Shown here piece by piece: positions 53,123 to 62,493 of a stretch of DNA of 64,000 nt. The stretch is from positions 1 through 64,000 of IMG/VR virus record IMGVR_UViG_3300020048_000101; one strand, 5' to 3'. The notes under the pieces are model-generated. The model ran no database searches. It saw nothing but the letters and a program-made list of their open reading frames with translations, and was not told the DNA's origin. This stretch comes from an uncultured virus (IMG/VR IMGVR_UViG_3300020048_000101) (lineage: Duplodnaviria; Heunggongvirae; Uroviricota; Caudoviricetes). Each line of letters starts with the position of its first letter. Within the stretch, counting starts at the first letter, position 1. Made by a program: the position numbers and the translations under genes.

Positions 53123-53178
53123 TAGTCGATTGGAGGGTTATAGGTGCTCCCGTATAGGTTCAAGTCCTATGTCGATTA
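53123..53178 (+). ncRNA. minimal tRNA-like element (acceptor stem, one hairpin, T-arm)
   Basis: TAGTCGAT/GTCGATTA; GGAG/CTCC hairpin; ATAGG-TTCAAGT-CCTAT. Confidence 0.5.
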
Positions 53179-53270
53179 AAATGGTGATTTGGAGGTTCAA
53201 GTCCTCTCTGGCTTGTAGCAAACATTGGACACTACAGGTCGGTAGCTCTGAGGGAGTAATCACCATTTTA
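53177..53270 (+). ncRNA. circularly permuted tRNA-like RNA (YrlA/Y RNA-like topology)
   Basis: 13-bp closing stem; T-arm GGAGG-TTCAAGT-CCTCT first; 11-bp loop-closed acceptor-like stem; D-arm TAGCTC-TGAGG-GAGT last. Confidence 0.6.
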
Positions 53271-53277
53271 AATATTA

Positions 53278-53786
53278 TTTCCCTGCTAATGAATAAACAG
53301 ATTTCGCTATGGGACTCACCTATCGTAGAATAGGGATGGGAGCGAAGTATGGGAGATATACACATTCAGAGTGTAGTTGTTTAGGGGTTAGATGTTATAA
53401 CAATATACTTGAAATAGACATAAATCTCATAAGGTAATTTGAGTGGTTGAAATAAATAGTTGAGCTACGGAGGATGAGGGTTTGGGCTTATCTATAACAT
53501 TACTTACTGAGAGTACAGGGATTTATTATTGTTCTTCCCTTATGTTGAAATATACATTGAATTCACCAGATAAATGAGGGCTGGACCTAAGTACTAAAGG
53601 GAAATATGTACAAATGTGTTATTCCCTTGAGGAAGGAAGAAAATATTAGTAACTGTGATACAAGGATTTGCACACAACACAGAAGCTCTCAACTTCAAAT
53701 TTGGTTATAAGGCTCTTTATACAAGTGGCGTATTGAATTGGAAATCTAAGTGTACCGCATTTGAGTATATTCGCCTAAGTAACCAT
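53278..53786 (+). ncRNA. large multi-helix ncRNA (about 510 nt; ROOL/GOLLD-like context)
   Basis: no credible ORF; nested pairings TCCCTG/CAGGGA, TAAACA/TGTTTA, TTCGCT/AGCGAA, ATGTTATA/TATAACAT, TTCCCTT/AAGGGAA, GGTTA/TAACC. Confidence 0.55.
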
Positions 53787-53788
53787 AT

Positions 53789-53910
53789 AGTCAGGTGGCG
53801 GAATTGGTTAGACGCTACAGTGGGGTGATACCACTCTTTTAAAAACAACGTAAGTCCCTATGGTGAGGTACAAGTCATAGGGTGTAGGTTCGAATCCTAC
53901 CCTGGCGACA
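53789..53910 (+). tRNA. tRNA-like element (Leu/Ser-type D-arm) with expanded non-canonical anticodon/variable region
   Basis: GTCAGG/CCTGGC; TGGCGGAATTGGTTAGACGC; GTAGG-TTCGAAT-CCTAC; about 120 nt long. Confidence 0.55.
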
Positions 53911-54277
53911 AAGCTGACAACATAGTGATTGATATGTGAGGCTAACATATAAGTTGATGACAACTCGGAAAGACGAATAAAAACTACTGAACTGAATGCG
54001 GACAGTAACATAACAATAGATGCTACCAATCCTTGAGGGTTCAGCCTCATACTCCAAATTTAGAGGGTATGGTGCGAGGAACCCAACATAGTTAGGGGGA
54101 ACGGAATTGGGGTATTGGGGAACTAACGAGTCGTGCGACTGACATAAAAGGCCGAACCATTATCTATGTTACTTAAAGTCAGGTTTAATCATATGGTCGA
54201 CAATATGAGGTCTGTGGTAAGGTGAGAGGTAACCCGTTTAGACACTCTCATTCCACCTGAATTGGGGTCAGTAGTAA

Positions 54278-54348
54278 AGCGGAGTGGTGTATGTGGTTAA
54301 CATATTGGATAATATCCGATGAAGTAGGTTCGAATCCTATCCCGCAAC
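54278..54348 (+). tRNA. degenerate tRNA-like element without a 7-nt anticodon loop
   Basis: D-arm GTGT/ACAT; TTGGA-TAATA-TCCGA; GTAGG-TTCGAAT-CCTAT; bulged acceptor stem. Confidence 0.5.
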
Positions 54349-54360
54349 AAAAATTGAAAG

Positions 54361-54846
54361 TTAATTAAATATTTTTACGTAATAAGTGTGGATATCAATA
54401 TTTGATAATGTGGTGTAATGTTCACCTTTCGAATTCGTAAAAGCGCCGCCCTCCCACGTAACAATAACTTGATATTCTTTAGGTAACGATTTATAAATGT
54501 CATTAACTCGTTTTTCTAAATTTCTACGATTTGCGTAGGAAACCTCCTGAATTTCTTCGTGATTTTTAAGGTAAAATGTACCACAACTTGTATCGTTTCG
54601 ACCTATTTCTAAATCCTCAACCCAGTAAGGTTTAATTTCCCCATTATAGTATTCAGATACTTTAACCATATCAACAATTAAGTTAATAAACATTTGTGAT
54701 TGATATTTTTCAAATACCTCACTTTTTTCCCAACCAATAATAAAAGGGTATTTTTTGCTAACCCCTTTCACAACCAAATCAATTCCTTTAATTTGGTTTG
54801 GGCTTAATGGGGGTCTAGTTACTTTTGTCTCAGAACTTGTACTCAT
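54361..54846 (-). CDS. hypothetical protein
   Basis: 161-aa ORF; minus-strand TATTTAT upstream. Confidence 0.55.
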   Translation of the reverse strand: MSTSSETKVTRPPLSPNQIKGIDLVVKGVSKKYPFIIGWEKSEVFEKYQSQMFINLIVDMVKVSEYYNGEIKPYWVEDLEIGRNDTSCGTFYLKNHEEIQEVSYANRRNLEKRVNDIYKSLPKEYQVIVTWEGGAFTNSKGEHYTTLSNIDIHTYYVKIFN

Positions 54847-54908
54847 AAATCAAATATAAATATAAATATCGTGTTGTTTTATAATCTCAAATGTTTTATA
54901 TTTGTTCT

Positions 54909-55667
54909 ATGGAAAATTTTTATTTATCGGATGAGGAAATGTCAGAATACTTAAACTCAATTGGTGGGTTGTGTAATGGGTATTTTACGGATAAAGGTCC
55001 TATAGTTGACCCAGGTTTCTTTTGTGTTAGTAATGGGTGGTTTGGGTTGATTAAGTCATTAATAAATGATTTAACTGATTTAGGTTGGAATAAAGAAACT
55101 ACTCAAGTTAAAGAAAAGTTTGGTGGATTAAGATTTTATATCAATGCTGGTAGTGATGAAATCCATCAAAGGATAGGTCAAGCTGAAAAAGATAGTTATA
55201 CCGTTTGTGAAAAATGTGGTGAATCTGGTGAGTTAAGAAAAGACATTGGATGGTATTTTACATTATGTGATACCCACCATAAGTTAACTAAAAATGGTAA
55301 AACTAAAGTGAGTTTCGATTATGATGGAACTTTAGCATTACCATCGGTTGAGAGTTTCGCTAAAGAATTAGTTAATGATGGTTATGATGTGTGGGTAGTA
55401 ACGTCACGAGTTGGTGATGATGAAACCCCCAATTTAAATGATGATTTATGGGGGAGTTGTGAAAGGATTGGAATCCCGAAACATAAAGTTAAATTCACCA
55501 ATTTTGCGGATAAGATTGATTTCTTAAAAGATAGGGGGTTTGCGTTCCATTTAGATGATGACTTATATGAATTAACCTCTATTATGGAAACTAAAGATAG
55601 TTGTCAACCATTGAATGTTGGTCATTCGGATTGGAAAATAAATTGTTTAGAAGTATTAAAAAAATAA
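54909..55667 (+). CDS. fusion of a phage QVKEKFGGLRFY/Zn-finger domain and a HAD-like domain
   Basis: QVKEKFGGLRFY..CEKCG..TLC, then VSFDYDGTL..VTSR..HLDD. Confidence 0.65.
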   Translation: MENFYLSDEEMSEYLNSIGGLCNGYFTDKGPIVDPGFFCVSNGWFGLIKSLINDLTDLGWNKETTQVKEKFGGLRFYINAGSDEIHQRIGQAEKDSYTVCEKCGESGELRKDIGWYFTLCDTHHKLTKNGKTKVSFDYDGTLALPSVESFAKELVNDGYDVWVVTSRVGDDETPNLNDDLWGSCERIGIPKHKVKFTNFADKIDFLKDRGFAFHLDDDLYELTSIMETKDSCQPLNVGHSDWKINCLEVLKK

Positions 55668-56186
55668 TAGATGACAAAAGAAAAAGACCCTAAATCAGGT
55701 AGTGTTGACTTAGGTGAATTTATAGTTCGTTGGGATTATAATGGGGAAGGACAAATAACCGTTTCATTAAATAATGAACACGATAAACTCATCCAAAGTG
55801 TTGAGCATACTAAATCGAGAATGTAATGTATGAAAAATTGGCAAAAGTTTATAAAGAAAAGGTTTTAAAAACTCTTGAGAAATGTGAAATGATTAAGGTT
55901 GAACATATGATATATGTTATTAATCCACAAAATAAACAATGGTTTTTTAATGTGAATTTGGATATTTTATATGTTGGATATAATTTTTGGTATTTCAGAA
56001 TATTAGATAGATTATATGGGTTTAAACCATCCCAAGGTAATGAACTTTTATTAACCATAGTTAAAACTAAATTAAAGGATTATACAGGTGAGACGGGAGA
56101 AATAATTAAATCGTTAGTTGAATGGGATGTACAACCATCATTTATGGATTATGAAATCCTTGATAAAATATTAAAAAATTATAGTA

Positions 56187-56444
56187 ATGATTGAAAAAAT
56201 TATTGATACATTTGAGGGTGAAACCTTCTTAAAGGCCGATGGTTTTGATGATGCCATTATTGGTGTTGATGAAAGTACGATGAGGTTGATATACTCAGTA
56301 AGTAAATCAATTGAAATCCTAATGAAAGATGATATGTCATATGAAGACGCCATTGATTATTTCTATTTCAATGTGAGTGGCTCATATGTCGGAGAAAAAA
56401 CACCAATATGGTGTTATGACAAAAGTTTAATAGAAACCAAATAA
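56187..56444 (+). CDS. small phage hypothetical protein
   Basis: LKADGFDDAIIGV..YFYFNVSGSYVGEKTP. Confidence 0.6.
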   Translation: MIEKIIDTFEGETFLKADGFDDAIIGVDESTMRLIYSVSKSIEILMKDDMSYEDAIDYFYFNVSGSYVGEKTPIWCYDKSLIETK

Positions 56445-56675
56445 TAACATAGTACTATGACAGAAGTTAAAACATTTGAGTTGGTTCACGGGAGTGATAA
56501 CATAACAACAATCAAAACAATTAGTGATGTATTAGAATCCTTTGGGTTAACAATCCATACCCTTGAGATTGGGGATGAGATAACAACCTATTCAATTGAA
56601 GTATTAAGTTAAAAGTTTACATAAACGTAATGTTATAATAACATAAGTAATCATACTTAAAAGATAATTATAGGT

Positions 56676-57383
56676 ATGAAATTACATCAACTATTGACTA
56701 TTGTTATACCTTGTAAAAATGAGGGTAAAATTATTGACACTACGTTAAATTTATTGAATCATCAAGAAAAAATTGAATACGTTAAAGTGGTGGTTTGTGA
56801 TTCTTCGGATGATAATATTACTAATCAATTGTTAACGAATAGGGTTAATGATAAGTTTAACTTAGTTGTGACTAATGGTGGTTTACCTTCAATTGCTAGA
56901 AACGTTGGGTTTGAATTTTGTAACACACCATATGTTTTATTTATGGATGCTGACGTTTTTGTTTTAGATTACGATTTGTTAGTAAATTGTATGACTGACA
57001 TCATTACTGATGATTTAGAATTAGTTACTTGTAAATTCAGAAGTACAACAGGAGAATACAATAATGTATTTAGATTTTTTGATACTATTCAGAAAATATC
57101 AAAACCATTAACACCATTTGCGTTAGGTGGTTTTATGTTATTGAAATCTAATAAGTTTATTGAGATTGGTAAATTTAACGAAAACGCTAAAGTTGCTGAG
57201 GATTACTTATTATCAAAAAAAATCAGGTCATATAAATTCAGGGTTTATAATTCAACCGTGTTTACGACACCTAGACGATTTAAATCTAAAGGATTGTATT
57301 ATATGTTGAAATTAATGATAAACTCAATAATTCATAGAGATAATGAAAATTATTTTGAGAATGATAACAACTATTGGAAATGA
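56676..57383 (+). CDS. glycosyltransferase family 2
   Basis: IVIPCKNE, VVCDSSDD, ARNVG, FMDAD, AED. Confidence 0.9.
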   Translation: MKLHQLLTIVIPCKNEGKIIDTTLNLLNHQEKIEYVKVVVCDSSDDNITNQLLTNRVNDKFNLVVTNGGLPSIARNVGFEFCNTPYVLFMDADVFVLDYDLLVNCMTDIITDDLELVTCKFRSTTGEYNNVFRFFDTIQKISKPLTPFALGGFMLLKSNKFIEIGKFNENAKVAEDYLLSKKIRSYKFRVYNSTVFTTPRRFKSKGLYYMLKLMINSIIHRDNENYFENDNNYWK

Positions 57384-58090
57384 AGTGGAGAACTATAATT
57401 ATGAGTGATTTACACTTAGGTGCCAGACAATCACAAACTGATAAAATTCTGAAATTTTTAGAGGAAAATACTTCGGAAAAAATAATATTGAATGGTGATA
57501 TTATTGATGGATGGGCGTTAAAGGGTAAAGGTAAGTGGACCGTTGAATGTAATAAAATCCTTAGACGATTTATGAAGATGTCCGAAAAGGGTGTTGACGT
57601 TGTTTGGGTCAGAGGTAATCACGATGACTTCTTAAAAGGGTTTATTCCATTTACAATTAATAACATTGAGATTGTTAGAACTCACGTACATTATGGTCTT
57701 GATGGTAGACGATACTTTTGTTTTCACGGGGATGTTTTAGATTTTGTTATTATGAAGATGAGGTGGCTAGCAGTTGTTGGGGGTTATTCTTATGATATTG
57801 TTATTAAATTTAACACCTGGTATAATAAAATTAGAAAAATGTTTAATTTACCATATCATTCATTAGCAAATGTAATTAAACAATCAGTTAAGGGTGCAAT
57901 AAATTTTGTGTCAGATTTTGAAACTAATGCCAAAAATTTAGCAGAACAAAAAGGGTATGATGTTGCGGTTTGTGGACACATCCATCTACCTAAAATTGAG
58001 GAAAAATATATGAACTCAGGTGACTTTTGTGAGAACACTACTTGTCTTGTTGAGGATATGTCAGGTAATTGGTCAATTATTACCGTGTAA
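57374..58090 (+). CDS. metallophosphoesterase, UDP-2,3-diacylglucosamine diphosphatase-like/PlcP phospholipase C family
   Basis: SDLHLG, GDIIDGW, GNHD, HGD, GHIH, NSGD. Confidence 0.85.
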   Translation: MEMKWRTIIMSDLHLGARQSQTDKILKFLEENTSEKIILNGDIIDGWALKGKGKWTVECNKILRRFMKMSEKGVDVVWVRGNHDDFLKGFIPFTINNIEIVRTHVHYGLDGRRYFCFHGDVLDFVIMKMRWLAVVGGYSYDIVIKFNTWYNKIRKMFNLPYHSLANVIKQSVKGAINFVSDFETNAKNLAEQKGYDVAVCGHIHLPKIEEKYMNSGDFCENTTCLVEDMSGNWSIITV

Positions 58091-59162
58091 CATTAATTTT
58101 ATATTAATTAAAACCCCATTCTTAAAGTTTGGGGTTTTTTTGTTGGATAAATCATTTAATTATTGTTATCTTTAAATAAAAAAATAAGCAGATGAGTATC
58201 TCAATTAGTGTTGATTTAGATGAGGTTTATGACCAAATGGATTCTTGGGATAAGAATAGTATGTTGGATTATTTACGTGAGGATGGTTATTTAACAGATG
58301 AACCATCCGGTATAAATGACGGAGTATCAATCGTAATACCTAGTGACTCATCAATGGGACAAGAAGAACATTTAAGATTGGTTTCAAAATTAGGGGGTTT
58401 ATATTTTCGCATTAGTGATGAGGATATGGAAATAATTCGTAATATTGTTAAAAAGTATTAGACTTATGAAAAACAAGAAAGGTAAAGTTGAGATAAATAA
58501 TAGAACTGCAATAACGGCGGATTTAAATGGTTTTTGTGTTTATTCAAAAGAACACGATTTCATTGAGCTAACTGAATGGACTAATGGTGATGGGTTTGAT
58601 GTTCTTATCAGTTCTCACAATGATAAATCATTTTCATTAACTAGAGGTCAATTTGATGCTATAAAAACATTAGTAAAAAAATTAAATAAATTATGAGAAA
58701 AACATTATTAGGGTTAGTTTTAGGTCTTGGGTTATTTTCCTGTACGGAAAACTCAAGAATTAAAAATTTCGGTGGTGAAGGTGATTTAGATTTGCCGTCA
58801 GGAAATAAATTAGTTAATGTGACTTGGAAGGAAAACCAAATTTGGTATTTGACAAGACCAATGACATCAACAGATGAGGCGGTTACTTACACATTCAAAG
58901 AAGAATCATCTTTCGGTGTATTACAAGGTACATTTTTTATTCACGAACATAAATAGAAATTATGAAGTTTGACTTATGTGATGACCAAATCCAAAAATTG
59001 GATGAGTGGAAAAAATCTATTAAAATTGTATTTGGTGAATATGGACTATTCACTTATAAATTTACACCAACAGGTATTGGAACCTCCGTTGAGGTGTATA
59101 GTGAGTTAGCTGATGTTTCATTAGATTTAACAGAAATTGATAAATGGTAAAAATATGAAATT

Positions 59163-59591
59163 ATGCTAGACGAAAAAGTGTTAAGGTATGTTGACCGTTT
59201 GGAATCCGAATGGGAAGAACACGGGAAGATAATAATTGGTCTTGATTTTGATGATACAATCTTCCCTTGGAAAATGGACGACTTTGATTTTGATTCGGTC
59301 ATTCGAACTATTAAAATGGCCAAAGAAACAGGTGCATACATTGTTATCTTTACGGCGTCTAAAGTTGAACGTTATCCTGAGATTATAAAATTTTGTGAGT
59401 CTAAAGATATTGAGATTGACGGAATAAATGAACCACCTATTGAAACGGAATATGGTAATCTTGGAAAGATGTTTGCTAACATTTACATTGATGATAGAGC
59501 TGGGTTGCACGAATCTTTAGAAATACTAACATTGGCAATGTACAGAATCCGAGGTAAGAGAACATCTAAGTTTAATGAGACTTTAAAATGA
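59163..59591 (+). CDS. HAD-like hydrolase
   Basis: GLDFDDTI, FTAS, IYIDDRAG. Confidence 0.75.
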   Translation: MLDEKVLRYVDRLESEWEEHGKIIIGLDFDDTIFPWKMDDFDFDSVIRTIKMAKETGAYIVIFTASKVERYPEIIKFCESKDIEIDGINEPPIETEYGNLGKMFANIYIDDRAGLHESLEILTLAMYRIRGKRTSKFNETLK

Positions 59592-60593
59592 AAGATATGT
59601 TAAAAATTTGGGGTGAATCATTATTGGAACCATTTAAAAATGTGGTTAAGATATTAACTAACAAAAGTTTTTGGAAATGGGTTATTGCTACTATGTTAAT
59701 AGTTATGTCACCAATTGTGGTTTTTTATGGTTTGGTTTACTTATTTTTAATTGTCACTTCATTTATATGTTGGGTTTTACCTGGTAGTTTTCCAATACCT
59801 TTTTATCATCCATTAATTGGTATGGGTGTAGATAGGTTTTTTATATTGATTGGGGTTATTATTTTTATAGTGTTTGAATTAGAAACAAAAAAGGTTAAAT
59901 AGATATGGGAAAGAGAAATATTTGGGAAGAATTAAAGTTACGTATTGGCGCGGTGGCTTTCGGTATATTCATTTGGTCAATGGGAATGACTGATGAAGAA
60001 TATTTTGACGCTATTTACGAACAAGAAAAGGGGTTAAAAGAAAAGACCGATGAGTCAGAGGATTAAGATTTCATTTGAAAGAGAGGGTCGGTACACAGTT
60101 ATTGACCCCCAAGACATTGCGGAAACAAATAAACGTATTAAAAAAGAAATGACACCAATCATTCGAGAGTTTGAAAGGAAACAATTTGAATCTTGGTTAC
60201 AATCGGGTAAAAATATTAAGTTATGAGATACACTAGAGAAAACATATTGAATTTAAGAAAACAATTAATTAAATATTGTTCAGAAACTAATCTTCGTGAC
60301 ATTGAATTTCTCACTGAGAAATTAATAGACTACCCTACTATGGTGGAAGTTGTTACTGAGTTAGGTGAAGTACCTAATGGGTACATTAAGACTGAATATG
60401 TTTCAACAGGACACGGTGCTTTCGGGGAACCTGAAGGTTATACTATACGTAGAGTTTGTGGTAGTGGTGATTTAGATAATCGTAGGGTTATGGTGTTTTT
60501 AGATTCAGAAGGTGTTCCGGTATTTGCTTGTAATAGAGACGTTGAAAATTTAATTAATATAGCTAAAGAAGCTCATTCAAATAGTTTTACAAT

Positions 60594-61154
60594 ATGAAAG
60601 ATAATAAAGAAAAAGAAATCACCCAAGAGGAGATTAATGAAATTGAAAGATTAACAGGCGGTAAAATTGGGACACATATATTTGGACCAAATAATGAACA
60701 CTCATTAGAAAATTCATTATTATCCCCCGACGGAACATATGTTGGTAGTATTAAAGAGGCAAGATGGTATGTGAGTAATCAGATGATGATTGATGAACAA
60801 TATCCCCACGGAGTTGCTGCGGTAATCACACCTGAAACATATGGGACCGATAATCCTGTGATTGAAGGTATGTGTGGTTATACTCATAGAGGCGCACAAT
60901 TATTTAGGATTGGTGATAGATTATTTGATGGTAAATATAAACCAACAAAAGAAGATTACCCTGAAGATGAATGGAATCTATATGAAGAAAATTTCAAAAA
61001 ATTGTACGAGGAAGAAGATGAATTAGGTAAAAAATGGATGGATGCGGATGGGTTATCATATGTGATACCATTCAAGTTAAGAGGTTCTAAGATTATTGAA
61101 ACTATGGAAGACGCTTTTGAGGCTGCTAAAAATATGTCAGATTATTTGAGTTAA
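60594..61154 (+). CDS. hypothetical phage protein
   Basis: 186-aa ORF. Confidence 0.55.
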   Translation: MKDNKEKEITQEEINEIERLTGGKIGTHIFGPNNEHSLENSLLSPDGTYVGSIKEARWYVSNQMMIDEQYPHGVAAVITPETYGTDNPVIEGMCGYTHRGAQLFRIGDRLFDGKYKPTKEDYPEDEWNLYEENFKKLYEEEDELGKKWMDADGLSYVIPFKLRGSKIIETMEDAFEAAKNMSDYLS

Positions 61155-61155
61155 A

Positions 61156-61653
61156 ATGAGTGATTGGAAAGACGAGATTGAATTACCCTCAGATGATGAG
61201 TATTCAAAATTTATGGATAATATTTTTAATAAAAATAATAATATGATTGCTGCAAAATGTAATAGATGTAACACATATGGTAATTGTATGTGTAATTTTA
61301 ATGACGATATGGTTCGGTATAGTGAGACCTGTTCCTGTAATCCAAAAAATGGGGGTTCAGGTATATGTGGTTGTGTTATGGCGAACACAATGGTCCCCAA
61401 CCCAAAGAAATATGGGACACCAGTAATTAATACTCCATATCAACCATTTCTAAGTCATAAGATTAATCAAACTAATAACATATCTAAAAATGATGTTATA
61501 CTTGAAAAAATTAAATTAGAGTTGTATACTAAAATTAGTGAATTAAAAAATGAAACCGATAATGGTAACGTTTTCATTAAAACATATAATGATGGTCAAA
61601 TTAGTGGTATTGAAAAGGCGATTGAATTAATAAATAAAAAATATGACAAGTAG
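61156..61653 (+). CDS. Cys-rich hypothetical protein
   Basis: CNRC, CMC, CSC, CGC clusters. Confidence 0.5.
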   Translation: MSDWKDEIELPSDDEYSKFMDNIFNKNNNMIAAKCNRCNTYGNCMCNFNDDMVRYSETCSCNPKNGGSGICGCVMANTMVPNPKKYGTPVINTPYQPFLSHKINQTNNISKNDVILEKIKLELYTKISELKNETDNGNVFIKTYNDGQISGIEKAIELINKKYDK

Positions 61654-61899
61654 AGATTTTGCGTTTTTCTTACAGGGTTATTTTGAAATATCTGACCCTA
61701 AAGAGATTGGTCCTGATGAGACCGAAATGATTAAAAGACATTTGAATCTTGTATTCAAACACGAGATTGACCCAAGTATGGGTGATGAGAAACATCAACA
61801 AGTGTTAAATGAAATTCATAGTGGTAATGGGACTGCAGGACCATCAACTATTTTTCCGTTGAATAATAACCCAAATGATGGTGTATTGAGGTGTTAATA

Positions 61900-62418
61900 T
61901 TACATAAACATACCATCAACACCGAATTTTCTAAATAATTTACTTCTTCGTTTACAAGAACTACTTCTTTTATTTGATTTTTTACCAAAAATTAGTTTAG
62001 CGAGTTTAATAACTATCATTAATATAATAGTTCCAGCAACTACCGCAATTGCTACAGGTGGGACTGCAACACCAAGAATCATAATTGGAACCGCTTGTTC
62101 TTGAATAGGTTGTTGTGGTTGTTTTTGTAATGTTGATATTTTTTTAAGTTCTGATTTTAACACATCAATATTATTAATGTTGTTGATTTTTTCTTGAATT
62201 TCAGATAATTTACCTTGATATTCGTTTTGAGGTATGTCAACAGGACAATCAGGGGACAATTCTTCAATTTCATCCGCAGCAATAGGTGTAACATTAGATT
62301 GTGATAACACATTATTTAATGTTTGTAATTCTGATGTTAAATCAGTTGACTCTATCTGTTCGTATAGACTTTTAATGTGTGTTCTATCTGATTCTGTGAT
62401 AATAAATTTTCTAGTCAT
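61900..62418 (-). CDS. membrane-anchored protein with IIxE leader
   Basis: MTRKFIITESDR; C-terminal hydrophobic helix. Confidence 0.55.
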   Translation of the reverse strand: MTRKFIITESDRTHIKSLYEQIESTDLTSELQTLNNVLSQSNVTPIAADEIEELSPDCPVDIPQNEYQGKLSEIQEKINNINNIDVLKSELKKISTLQKQPQQPIQEQAVPIMILGVAVPPVAIAVVAGTIILMIVIKLAKLIFGKKSNKRSSSCKRRSKLFRKFGVDGMFM

Positions 62419-62493
62419 AATTGGAATTATCTTAATTAATTAATAAATATAACCCCGGCATAAAAATGTTGGGGTTTTGTTATATTTATTAGT

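Noticed and set aside
53130..54057. Short ORFs 53130-53333, 53138-53365, 53808-54050 and 53875-54057
   Set aside because: They overlap tRNA-like and structured RNA and have atypical composition; likely spurious.
53278..54265. tmRNA or RNase P RNA (suggested by smpB)
   Set aside because: No GGGG-starting Ala acceptor with G3:U70 and T-arm/CCA end; no GAGGAAAGTCC RNase P core seen. A highly divergent form cannot be excluded without a covariance search.
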